A stretch of DNA of 64,000 nucleotides, taken from Paraspadella gotoi. Its lineage: Eukaryota > Animalia > Chaetognatha. Position 1 is the stretch's first letter; every line of letters starts with the position of its first letter. The position numbers and the translations under genes are program-made. Of this stretch, positions 14,301-25,904 are shown one piece after another. Under the pieces are notes generated by a model, which saw nothing but the letters and a program-made list of their open reading frames with translations, was not told the DNA's origin and searched no databases. Location of the stretch: contig CM119269.1 of assembly GCA_051294375.1 (NCBI GenBank), positions 14,767,918 through 14,831,917 on the forward strand, in the 5' to 3' direction.

Positions 14301-17300
14301 CTAAATATAAGGTGATGCTCATGGCTGCTCGAATATGTGCTGCAGGTTATGAATCATTAAATCGGAAGTGTTGTTGGAGCGTAATTCTGGTCAACGGACA
14401 TCAAAAGACATATGATCATTATTTTGTGATACCTTTAGATTATCATTTGATTTTATTTGCATTGTTTTCCAGTCTAAGTATCGTGCCATTATTAATATAT
14501 GGGCATCGTCTTCGTCATCGTCCACCGGTGATTCTTCATAAAACCACCCCCAACACTGTCTATGAACCACTGACAAACATCAAGCCGTATCAAGGTGAGC
14601 CATCGGACAAAAATTACCACTCATCACTTTTGCATCTGCCAGTTCACTTTAAGTGAGAGAATCCTTTTGGTGCTTCATCATCTCCTATTGGATGATGCTG
14701 AGGCACTTTACAAGTGGTCTACCCAACAATTTCCGTCAGCAGCTTTGTCCAATCTACTAGACCCAACTTCTCAAGGGTATTGGTCAAGTTGTGAAGATTC
14801 TGGCTCTTTTCAACCATATTTCATTAGCGGATGTATATGACTAATCCAGTGAAGATTTGTGGTTCTGAGTTCTGAGCCTCCCCCCTCACTTTTCCTAAAT
14901 GGGCTCACCCGCTCCATCTCTTCTCTTTTCTTCGCCATCCTCTCTCCGCGGTCCTCGGTCATGGCTTCTCCTCTCTCCTCCGTTTTCACATTCTCACGAA
15001 AGGTTCGCTTGAGTCGGTCCTGGAAACTCGACTGCAGACTTGAATTCGACTCCAGAGAGAGATTTAACGAAGACTGAGACTCTGCGTAACGGGGGGGGGG
15101 GAAATCGTGGGAGAGGTGGTAAGTTAAAGAGAAGTAAACAATGCAAACACTTCGAAACGGAAATAATTAAAGAAAATAACTGATAATAAAATGCAAAAGG
15201 AAGAGCCCAAATATGTGTACAAATACATAATATACAATTATACATACAAAAGAAATATAAAATTCGCAAATATTTAAAACTAAAAGATAAAAACCGAAGA
15301 AACAACGACTTAGTTAACACCTTTAATGGTGGAAAACGATTTTATTACCTGGACTAAGTCCGTTTACGGCTTCGGCTGGCGAATTCTTGGGTCTCGTCGG
15401 CCGTGGGACGCCGCTTTCGGACGGCAACGGTGATGAAAAACCATTGGGTTGAATTACCGGTCGTTTGAAGCACTTCCCCATGTTGGGCGTTGACGTCAAA
15501 GAAAGTTCTTAAAAAAAGGGGGGGGAGGGACAAACAAAAAACAAGAGACCTTAAGCAACTAAAAAGATAACCAGTCTAGAGAAACGTTACAAGATTGCTG
15601 TAAACAAAAAACAAAAAAAAACCTTTCATAACTCTAAAACGTAACTCACCAGCCGGTAAATGGAGGCTGGAGAATTCCAAATCTTCTTCCCCCACGAGAG
15701 GGGCGGGTGGATGTTGGATTGGCTCCGCGACTTTCATAATGTGAGTTTGTCGAACGAAGAGATCCTCCTTGGGTGTGGTTGTGATACCGTCCCCGGAACA
15801 GACTTTTTCCTCTATTTCGCTAGTTATAACTCTGACCCTATGTGAAAATTTTATATTCAATGCGAAACAAAAAGAAGGCTACATATTAAAAAATGCTATC
15901 GGTTTTTTTTTTGGTGACCAGAGTGACTTGGGACACCAATGCAACTCATGCTTGGAGTACTCGCGCCAAAAATAAAAACCCGATATTATTTTTTAATACT
16001 AGGAAGTTATCTGTATATGTTTAGATGTAGAGTAAAAACTCAAATAAGGATTCAGGAGTACCTCGATACGCTCTTTATTATTTTAACCATAATTTTTTCA
16101 TCTTTTATGCAATAAACCTCCGACTTACCCATCGAAAGCCGGAATCCTGTCAAACAAGCTGGAGTCTGTGGCAAAGTCGCTATACTCAAGCGTATCTTTG
16201 ACGGCGTCATCAAGCCGAGTTCGAAATTCAGTGGACGACTTCAGAAGGGACTTTCTTGCTTTCGGGCTGGCAGAGATATTGGTGGGCGTGGTTCCACGGG
16301 GTGCCGGCGAGAAAGCCTCTGGCAAATGGACACTTTCTTCGGTTGTGGGTGAGTCAAAGAGATCAGGCAACGGGGAATCACCGAAAAGGCTTACATCCGG
16401 TTTCTTCTGTTTCAAAAAACCAAAAACCAGCTTCAGTATCATCATCCGCTTGGAGTAATAAATAATAATATTAATATTAAAGGCGAGAGAAAAACTACTT
16501 ACGGTTTCCGGGGTTCGCGGAGTTTCGCAAAAACCCTCTCGCCGATTATGGATTTCATCAGCCTCCCTCGTCTTGGCCTCTCGCAAGGTCCTTTTCTTCC
16601 TGACAAAACTGGACCCGGAGAAGAGAGGGCGCGACCTCTTAGAAGGCGTCGTCCTCGTCGGGTCTGAGACGAAAGCATTCTCGAAACCCCACACACCCCC
16701 GGTACGAATTTTTTCGGGCACTTCGAGTTCCAAGGATTTGACATCGTCGGATCGTCGTTTTCGGTCGAAAGATTGCGAAGACTTACGGGAGATGAAACTG
16801 CTTCGACTATTTTAATAGGGCGCGTCAATCGTCAAAAAGTTTAACGATTATCATTTTTATTTAAATTGTACCCCATTATTTTTATTTTTTTTAAATTATT
16901 AAATCTAAAAATTTTCTTTGTAATTATCTCTTGCAAATGGCTCCGAAAATAATTGGTATATAATATGCCGGAACAGGTTGAAAACGAAGTTCTCTCAAAT
17001 AAATAATGGTTAAGTAACTGTTAAAGAATATGAAAATAAATTTTTTTTAATATTTATCTCATTAATAAGTGCACGGAAACATTTAAATATTATTTTATTA
17101 CTATATAAAGTTTAAAATTTTTTTTACATTTTTTTAAATAGAATCTGGTAAAGCTTTAAAAGTTAGATAAAGGTTATTAATACAATTTTTAAAATTTTTG
17201 TTGTTTTATTGATAAAAATTTTAAAAAACTATAATATAACCAATGATAATGATGATTTTTTAGGGTTTTTTATTTTTAAACAATTTATTATCAAAATTTA

Positions 17301-18915
17301 AAAAATTATAGTACTAACTTTTATTTAACTTTTCAAGCTTTATAGGAATCCGTTCTTAAAAAATAAAATTTAAAAATCTTAAAAGCATAAGGATCGTCGC
17401 AATTGCATAAGAAAAATCTGGATTGACGACAAATTTTGATACTAAAAAAATCAAATTTGAGAAAAAGAAAAAAAAAATTTAAAAAAATAAAAAATGAATA
17501 AAATAAAGAATAATAAATATAAAACAGTAAAATAATTCATTTTTGAGTTTAATTTTAGAGACATTAGTGAAAGTACTTTTGTTTTAATTTTAGCCCGCAT
17601 AAGCGAGCAGTTTGATCGAATGCGACCTCTCTAAACACTGTCAACATTCCCAGACAAAAGACAAAGTAAAACTTGAATCAGACTGACGAAGTGAAGTAAA
17701 GACTAAAGTGAAGTAAAATGAAGTAAAGTAAAATAAAATAATAAAGTAAATATATTTAAAAAAATATATTATTATGATTGATATTTAGAATATTTAGAAA
17801 AAAAATCTACGAAAATCTCGGATGTAAATTTGGGAATAAATGGCGATAATAAAAGTTTTTAGAGGGAAAAAATTAATCAGAGGGAGAGAGAGAGAGAGAG
17901 AGGCCAAAACGTTTTCAGACGAATCAGCAGCGGCAGCAGCAAAGGCGCCAAAAAAAAAAAAAAAATCAAAAGGCAGCAACAGAAGAAGCAGGAGAAAAGA
18001 GAGAAAACGAATAAGCCCCTGCAGAGCCAGCTGCAAAGAAAGAAATCAAAAGGCAGCAGCAGAAGCAGCAGGAGAAAAGAGAGAAAAAGAATAAGCCCCT
18101 GCAGAGCCAGCTACAGACACGTATTTTTTCCCTTTCTCTGAATCAGTGATCAGTGACTATGAATCAGTGACTAGGGAAAAGAGAGAGGGAGAGAGACATG
18201 TAATTAAAAGAGTAAAGAGAGAGAGAAAGAAATATAAAAATAAAGAGAAATATGTTTGTTTTGATAAAACGTAAAGAAAACATATTTAATAACTGTCCAG
18301 ACTCAATTTTAAGCACATCGATGATGAGAAGCTATATATAAATTTTCAGCTTCATACACCCAAATTTAATCATAAAAGGGCGATTTATAATTTGGAACGC
18401 CGACAACGACAACAACGACGACGACGACGCCACTTATGCGCAAAAGCGTTACAATATCGTCGCAAACGCTAAGCGATTGCGACGATAAAAAAAAAATTGT
18501 TATCATTTGTTATATGAAATTGGTACAACCAATAAAAAAATTATCTATTCATTTAATAAATAAGCTATCTTGTCCCTGACTTTGGACAGGCTTTGGTGGT
18601 TTTAGGCCTCCATCACTCTTATAAGATAAGAACATAAGTCCCTGCAAGCTTTCAATCAAAACTCTCACAGTCTCCTTTATTCACTCCCAGTGTACCTGGC
18701 TTCCCTATCAATGAAGTGGATATATAATAAATATTTAAAAGCCTCAGTGCAACAACCCAATGAACTAATTCAAAAAGTTACACTGAAAATCGATTTAGTG
18801 ATAGAAGGGGAAAAAAATTTTGAGAGAACTAGAAGTTATAAAAAGTGTTCAATTTTGGCCCGTATATAGCTCATGACGAATTGACGAACCCATTAACCAA
18901 GTTGAGTTTATTCAT
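8308..18915 (-). CDS. HELQ: Helicase POLQ-like HELQ (Ski2-like DExH helicase)
   Basis: GPFFGLP...LYKWQEECL...[18 protein letters not shown] (motif I), [10 protein letters not shown] (motif II), [76 protein letters not shown]. Stop TGA at 8308. The start at 18915 is inferred from a 9-codon exon (MNKLNLVNG, phase-2 donor) matching the phase-2 acceptor at ~16808, so the 5' end is less certain. Confidence 0.92.
12632..13116. mobile_element. AT-rich non-autonomous DNA transposon (MITE-like), copy 1, in a HELQ intron
   Basis: Flanked by (TA)n on both sides. Degenerate inverted ends CATTAGGCCGGAAC ... TTTTGGCCCGCCTTAAT. Colinear similarity to 16961-17380 and 18497-18865. Confidence 0.65.
17381..18496 (-). 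mobile_element. Helentron-associated / DINE-1-like non-autonomous element nested in the MITE
   Basis: Terminal palindrome 18455-18487 (TATCGTCGCAAACGC-TAA-GCGATTGCGACGATA) next to a T-run on the minus strand, followed by a (GTC/GTT)n microsatellite (18400-18429). A 13/14 sub-terminal inverted repeat ATCGTCGCAATTGC lies at 17393-17406. Host sequence resumes on both sides. Confidence 0.6.
17962..18112. repeat. Two-copy tandem repeat, ~80-bp unit
   Basis: AAATCAAAAGGCAGCA...GAATAAGCCCCTGCAGAGCCAGCT occurs twice in tandem. Confidence 0.85.
18512..18719. repeat. Dispersed ~200-bp repeat, copy A
   Basis: CTGACTTTGGACAGGCTTTGGTGGTT...TACCTGGCTTCCCTATCAATGAAGTGG is shared with 43616-43827 and, inverted, with 31088-31332. 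Confidence 0.9.
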
Positions 18916-21365
18916 TTTTTCTACGGATTTTATTTATTCTTTAATATTCAATTGTTTTTTTTCCGACGCCATGCGCGCCATCTAACGTCAAATTCCGTCA
19001 TTGCTTCCGCTTGTACAATTTGAGAAAAAAAAGAAAATAATAAAAAGTTGAAACGAAGTTAGCATTGGAATGTTATCGCTCGATAATATATTATTTTGAT
19101 CGTAGGGACCATTTAGCAGATCACAAATTGAAATTAAAAAGTCAAATTAAATAGTCAAATAGTGTCCTACTTGAAGCAGACATAAATTATTGCAGTTGAT
19201 GTTAACTATTGCTGAAGAGGCTCAAATAGATTAGTCATTAAGGCATTTATTGTAAGGCTATTGGTTCACATGTTTTAAATTAATGAACAATCTTAAATCT
19301 TAAAGACGAAGTTTTTTAAAACTTTAAATAATAGAAACTAAAAGAAATTACATCAAAAGGTAGCAGATATGATGTACTAACAAACTATTTGTCTCATTTT
19401 CCACCATTGAACACTTTCTCTTCCTTTTCTTAAAAGTCTTTGGCTATAGATATAGAAGTATGAATTCGAACTCAGCAAGACGATCTATGAGTTAGAATTT
19501 AACTTTGTAAATTAAAAGAAAGGAAGGAAAGTAAAAAAAATAACAAGAAGTACCCAAGTGCATTTATCAGAGGCACAATCACGACCTGACTTTATTGTCT
19601 AAATTTTTATACTTTTCGTTTTATTCTAAGTGAGAGAATAAGAAAAAAAAAGAAAAAAAGTAAAAGCCCTCTCTTCTGCTAGAAATTAGTGTTCCAAAAT
19701 ATTATGCTCCCCAAGAAAAGAAAAATAGCATAAAATAATGCGAAACATGGCCGAGAAAATTGTCTTCTAAGCCTAATTATAATATTTAATAAAAAGCCTA
19801 ACATAATTTTCTTTCCACGCTTTGAATTATACGCATATCAAGTTTCTGAATTCCAAGCTATGCTACATTCTCCAATGTTGTTTCAACTAACACATTTTAA
19901 AGCCCTAACCGGAATTATTTAATACGTTTTAGTCTTTGGGATAAAGTACAAACAAATTCAGTCAGAATTGCTTTAGCGAAAGCCAATAACATGGAAAATG
20001 ATATGTTAGAACGAATCAAATAAATTCAAAGTGATCCAAATAACATTTTTTGGATATATAACGTTGGCCATTTATAAACTTTTTTAGCGAAAATTAACTT
20101 TAAAATCGCAAAAGGCATATAAATTAGTTGAAAAATTTAGCACTTTTATACTCGTACTACGTTCTTATCACAAAAAAATTAATTAAATTATGGCTTGTGT
20201 TGATTTCATGAGTCAATAAGAAACAAAAACTTAAAGTTTTTCATAACGCAGTTAGCACCATAGACCAGCAGAGGAAGAGAGCTTAAACGAGCGAACGACT
20301 GAAAACCTAATTAACTCATATAATAAATCCTAATTATTCAAAAGTAACTAAAAAAGGTGTTGACAATAAAGTATTTCAAGTTTAAAATAAATACGAGAAC
20401 AAACTAAACTAATTTAATGTAGCATTAAACGACTATTCAAATGTAGGTGCGAAGACACCGCTTAAAAAGAGAGTTACTGTTAACTCTATTCGTAACGTGC
20501 TGAATGAATTATAAAATTAAATTTAATTCTAAATTTCATTTATTGTTTCCTTTTAGAACAATGAAAGCATTCACCATTTTTAACTATTCCGAGGATGTAC
20601 ACATTAAAGAATTTCAATTTTCAAACATTTAGCAAACGTTAGTAAACAAACTAATGTGAAAGTTACATAACAGAGCTAGGAATTTCGTTTTGACAAAAGT
20701 GATTTGTTCTTTCATCATTTCGTATGTAGTTGTACGTAGTTTCATCCCTCCTGTAATTTCATTGTCGAAAAAAGTTGGGGGGGAAAAATAATTCGAATCT
20801 AGTAATTAAAAATTTGCAAATTTTCACCGGAACAAAAAAAAGCCGGGAAACAGTGTATAAGTTGACTTGGTGTCTAAACGGTGAGAGATCATGATACGAG
20901 GAACAAACAAAAAAACGATGACATTCAAAATCACAGGCATTCTCGCCGATCGCGTTCGGATAAAGCTGGCTAAATTCGGACTTTGTCTCAGTACAACATG
21001 GTTGCACGACCTTCGCAAGATCATAACAGCTTAGAAGGAATAGCGAAGAGTATTGCCCTCCGTGCGAAAAAAAACAAACTATCGTCACCACCGTTCATCC
21101 TTGCGCCATATTCCCGTTCCCCATATAATAAAAATTTTCAAAAATGGGTGTTGGAGGAGATTTTATGATATTATAAATCTCCTCCAACATGAGAAGAAAA
21201 GTATGGTCAAGGTCCGACGGGGATGAGTACCCACTACCCAGTGCCCACGGCCAGCATCCACGGATGAAAAATATCTCAAAAAGCCGCGGTGGTCCCTATG
21301 GACGTTGCCATTTCAATAGTGACAATTCGCACGCCCTGCGTGGTCAGATGGTCGACGACTGACGT

Positions 21366-24300
21366 TCAGCCGAAACCCGGGATGTAACAATAACTTTCAA
21401 GTCCGTTGAGAACGATGTAGGCGAACCAGAGGCTGATGAAAAGGGCGGTCGTGGCCAGCTTGGCCCGGTAGGGACCGCCCAGCTCTCCGCCGGCGATGCG
21501 AGGACTCCGTCGAGCAACGAGCACCGCCACGGCGACGACGGCAAAGAGGCAATAAACTGTCAGGGCGAAGCCGAGAGAACCCACTTCCACCTGAAACCGA
21601 GTCAACAATATTTTTTCTCAGAAACGTTTTATGCTTTAATTTGTATAATCAGAAGAAAATATTTATGAAAAATTACAAGATTACTTCTTTTATGTAACAC
21701 TAACCTCGAAAACTGAATCGTTGACGGCGTGATAAATGGCGGCGACGGACCAAGCGATTCCCACGCCGAGAAATACGTTGACGGCGTTGGACCCCGTGAC
21801 GTTGCCGATCGAGTTGTCGGCGTGTTCGTCTTGAATGGCGGCGATCTTGGAGGCGAAGGTGTCCGGAACCGAAGTGCCAAGCGCCACGAACGAGATGGCC
21901 GTCACGGTGTCCTTCATACCGATAGTGCAGCCCACGTGGCTGGCGACGTCGCCCACCACCGTCGTTAACACCCCGATCCAGCAGATGGAGACGACGAAGC
22001 AAAACCAGCCGTTCAACATCTCCGTGGGTGGCACGGTCGCGAAGAGCACCTTCCAGAAAAGAGACAGGAAGTGGACGAGGTACTCGACGCATGAGGGTTC
22101 GCGAGGCTCCGCATCTTCCTCTTCCTCGTCGTCGATGACTTTAAAGGCCTCGACGAACTGTTGTCGCCAAGCGTGGGAGCCCGTCGAGATCATGTTGTTC
22201 GTTCGCTGAATTTGGGCATCAATTTCATAATTCAATTGTAATATTATTTAATATTTAATGAATACTTGGTTTATTGTTGGACATAAACTCAATCATCTCG
22301 TTTCATCCTGCGTTATTGATACTCTCAGAAGTATGAGAAAAAGACGGAAAACCCCGTACATCATTATTACCTTGAGTAACTTGTCGACGGTAGACTTGTA
22401 CTCCTTAGACTCTCGGATGCGAACTGCGACGCGACGCCGATCGCCGAGCGTTGGCGCTAGGCGAACCCAATCGATGCTCTTCCCCTCCTCGTCGTCATCG
22501 TCATCGTCTCCTCGCAGGTTGTGGTAACGAGAGTGGTTGTCGTGGTTGTGATTTTGGTTGTGGTTGACATGATCCACGGAACTGTTCCCGACGTTGTAGA
22601 CGGACACTGGGCCCGATAGTGAATTAGGGGGGTAGAGTGTGTGGTTGTTGTGGTGGTGGCCGTTATTTTGTGTCGCCGAAACGAGAGTGGGATCTTCCAA
22701 TTCGACGAAAAACTCGAGATCTGAGGTTGATGTGTTGCAAATGCAGGTACAAGCTACAAAAAAACCTTAAATATAAACGGATTAACTGACCTTTCTCATA
22801 ACATCCCTCGTCAATGACGCCTATTCTGATGATTTTTTCAGATTCATCTCGTTGGAAGATCAAGGAACCTATAAAGACGATAAGTAGTCGATTTAAAATT
22901 GAGGTGACGATCTTTAAATCATCACCATTTTGGACTTAAAACAAAACTTCAATTTCAGTCGACGCCATGTAAAGAACGCTCACCCGCGGCTTTTTCGAAA
23001 TGTTGATCATATTTTGCGGAGCCTTCCATAGAATGGTAAGGGAGGACAACGTGGACATTGTACGGCAACGGTATTGAACTCCGACGTATAACTAAGAAAG
23101 ATGAAAAAGAAGAATTATATAATTGATTTTTCTTAATTATCAATTAATTTCTTTGTAATCAATTTAAAAGAAACTGAGGGCACAGCGACATTGGTAATTT
23201 TAGCAAGCTTTTAAATAAAATTGAACGGATAAAAATTTGTTACTTAATAAATCTTATTATATGTCTCTCGTTTGGTAATGTTTCAAAGAGTGGCCAAGAA
23301 CAAGTAAATTGTGGATGGATAGAACAAGAACCTTTGATTTCGACTTCCCCCGCAGATTCCACGACTTTAATTTCCGACGATTTAAAGTGAAAGAGATTCT
23401 GGGCGTCGGGGTCGGCGCCGGACCACGGGATCACGGCGTCATCGGGAGATTCGCCGAGGAATTCTCGAGGGGTTGTGGCGTTGGCGGCGGCGTCCTCGAC
23501 GCGGCGACGCAGCGACGCCGAAGAGATCTCGTTGGGGGAGACGACGGCGACGGTGAAGGGCTGCGAGGAGGAGCAGTTGGAAGAGGGCGTCGCCGCCACG
23601 ATCGTTGACGACGATGAGGCCGACCCGGGCCGAAGGTGACGGTTGGTAGGGCAAGAGGGGGGGCGGCGATCGGTGAGGGTGGTGGGGGTCGCGGCGAGAG
23701 TCGCGGCGCCGGACTCGACGTCCTGAGGGGACGCCGGCGCCGTGGGGGCGTAGCAAGAGTTTTCGAAGGCGCTCGAATCTGGGGCGGAAAAAGGAAGAGG
23801 AGGCGGGGCGAGTGAGTGACGCTCCGAGGCGGCCGACGTTTGACGCAAGTTCCTCAGCGGAATGTCGTGGCCGTCGTTGGCGGAAACGATGGTGACTGCG
23901 TTTCCATACGTGTGATCCGTCCTAGGGACGAACGATAGTCATCGCTAAAACTGTCTCGGGAGAGTAAAACTAAATCGACAATACTAGAATTTTAGCATAT
24001 TGAATTTGTAGGAAGGCACAATCATTCATTTTCAATAGGCACATCAAATTGTCTTTCTACTATCTAGGAAAAAAATATATCACATTTTTAATAAAGGATA
24101 TCTACTTGAAAACTTTTTTGATTTAAAAAAAATTAAAATGTTTCCAAATCTTCATTGAATTTCTTTTCAGTAGCTTCCTTCCATTTTTTTGTAGGTCAAA
24201 TCGTTTAGAAGTTACAGGCAAAAAAAATATTGTTACATCAAATAAAAAATAATAATAAAAAAATTATATTTAACTTTCTACTATTTTTAATATTTAATTA

Positions 24301-25904
24301 TTTGTTTTTATTTCAAATAGAATTAATTATTTTTTAAATTTTTTTTTAATTTGGTAATGCATATGCATATCTTTTTGATTATAACTCTCAGAAAAGAAAG
24401 AAAGATGTGCAACATCAATATTGGATGAAAAAAAATTTTGTTAAAAATGTAGAAAAATATTTCAATGTCATACCTCAATTTGCTAACAATAATCAATACC
24501 AAAAAATAGCATACCAAATATTAAAAATATTTTACCCATGTTTCATATACTTTTTATTGAATACATGATTTATGTGATATACTTTTTTCCTAGATGGTAG
24601 CACTTAAATCATCTCCATTTTCGCAGAAAATAAATTATTACTAGTAAATTTATATGTACCTGTAACGGTGTGCCAGAAATTTCTTAAATATTATTTGGGT
24701 GTCTAGCAAGTAAGCATTAAAGACAAGCATTGGAAAGTAGGCGAATGTGAGAAGCGATTCCCAAATAGCGATCCTTCCCGGAGTGATGGCCGCGATGATC
24801 ACGTACAACCATATGTAAGCGAAAATGCTCCAGGAGGAGGTGCAGAAGAAGACCGACAGGTGTTTCTGCCGACGGACTTGGTCTGATGGGCGAGAAGAAA
24901 AGACGCCAAAAGAAAAAATTAATGACAAAAGCAAGAGATCGATAACAATCTTTTTTTAAGCGAGAAATCGAAAGGCTCTTGCTGGTCGTCGAACTTTTTT
25001 CATTTCCCAAAAAACCAGTCGCTGTCGTCTCGTCCTGCCTCCCGGAGCTTTCGCCCGATCCCTCGTAGTTTTCTCACCCTCGGGAATGACGTAGACGCAA
25101 ATGCCGATGATGACAAAAAGATTGAAGGCGGCAGAACCGACGATGGTGCCGGGGCCGAGTTGGCCAGCGTTGAAGTCGTTGCCGAAAATCTCGATAATCG
25201 CCAGCATGATCTCCGGCGCAGAGGAGCCGAGAGCCATCAGGGTCAGGTTTGACACCGTCTCGTTCCACACGCGAACTTTGGTCACCTTTACCTAAGGTAG
25301 GGCAGAAATGAAAAAGCATGGTAAAAATAAAAAACAAAGAAACGTATGCTGCTCAGTCTCGCTAAAAATCAACAAGAACTCACCTCTCCGTTTTTGAGTT
25401 TGAATTTGACTTTCCGTTCCTGGGAGGTGATGGTTTCTATGGAAGCCATAAACTTGTCTGCGATGACTGAAATCCCGAGGAAGAAAAAGAACATGACCAG
25501 AAAATAGACAACGGCGCGAAGAACCATTTGACCCACGTCGCCCTGGATGTCTTCTGGCTTCCAAGTTGGAATGATCAGTCCTTTCTTGCATCTGAGAGAA
25601 AAAGAAAATTTGTTACGAAAGTCGGGAAGAGAAAAATTAGCTGAATAAAAAGTTTTAATTTAATAAATTAATTAACAGACTTTTTGTCCTCTCGAAAACA
25701 GGTATTCTTGTTCTTGGTAACGTTCGATGATGACCCGTTAAAGCCCTCGATGGGAAACGGGGTCGCTGTTTCGTTGCCAGAACTGGAGTCCCGATCCGCT
25801 GGTTTGACGAGGGCGCCGAAGATCAAAAGCACGAAGGGAACAAAGATGCAGAGGATGCAGAGAAGACTCAAAGCCGTTTTCAATTTCAAGTTGCTGATCG
25901 CCAT
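21366..25904 (-). CDS. SLC8A: Na+/Ca2+ exchanger (SLC8/NCX family), with a single Calx-beta domain
   Basis: Alpha-1 repeat VWNETVSNLTLMALGSSAPEI..GTIVGSAAFN and alpha-2 repeat VALGTSVPDTFAS..ADNSIGNVTGSNAVN. Also YKSTVDKLLK, SHAWRQQFVEA and a C-terminus LESYCYIPGF. The start may extend to an upstream exon at 26147 (MSNDVVSS...RDQ), which is phase-compatible. Confidence 0.93.
24057..24600. mobile_element. MITE-like element with ~28-bp inverted ends in an NCX intron
   Basis: CTACTATCTAGGAAAAAAATATATCACA at the left matches the reverse complement of TGTGATATACTTTTTTTCCTAGATGGTAG at the right. Interior is AT-rich. No clear TSD. Confidence 0.6.

Larger units (their letters stand above)
16961..18865. 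mobile_element. Same MITE-like family, copy 2, interrupted by nested insertions (HELQ intron 1)
   Basis: Shares GCCGGAACAGGTTGAAAAC..TCTCTCAAATAAATAATGG at the left end and CCAATGAACTAATTC..GAAAATCGATTTAGT..TTTTGGCCCG at the right end with copy 1. Confidence 0.65.

Noticed and set aside
21276-21368. Possible stop-codon readthrough or selenocysteine after the NCX TGA
   Set aside because: The frame closes after about 29 codons, the protein already ends at the canonical NCX C-terminus, and I see no SECIS or readthrough context.
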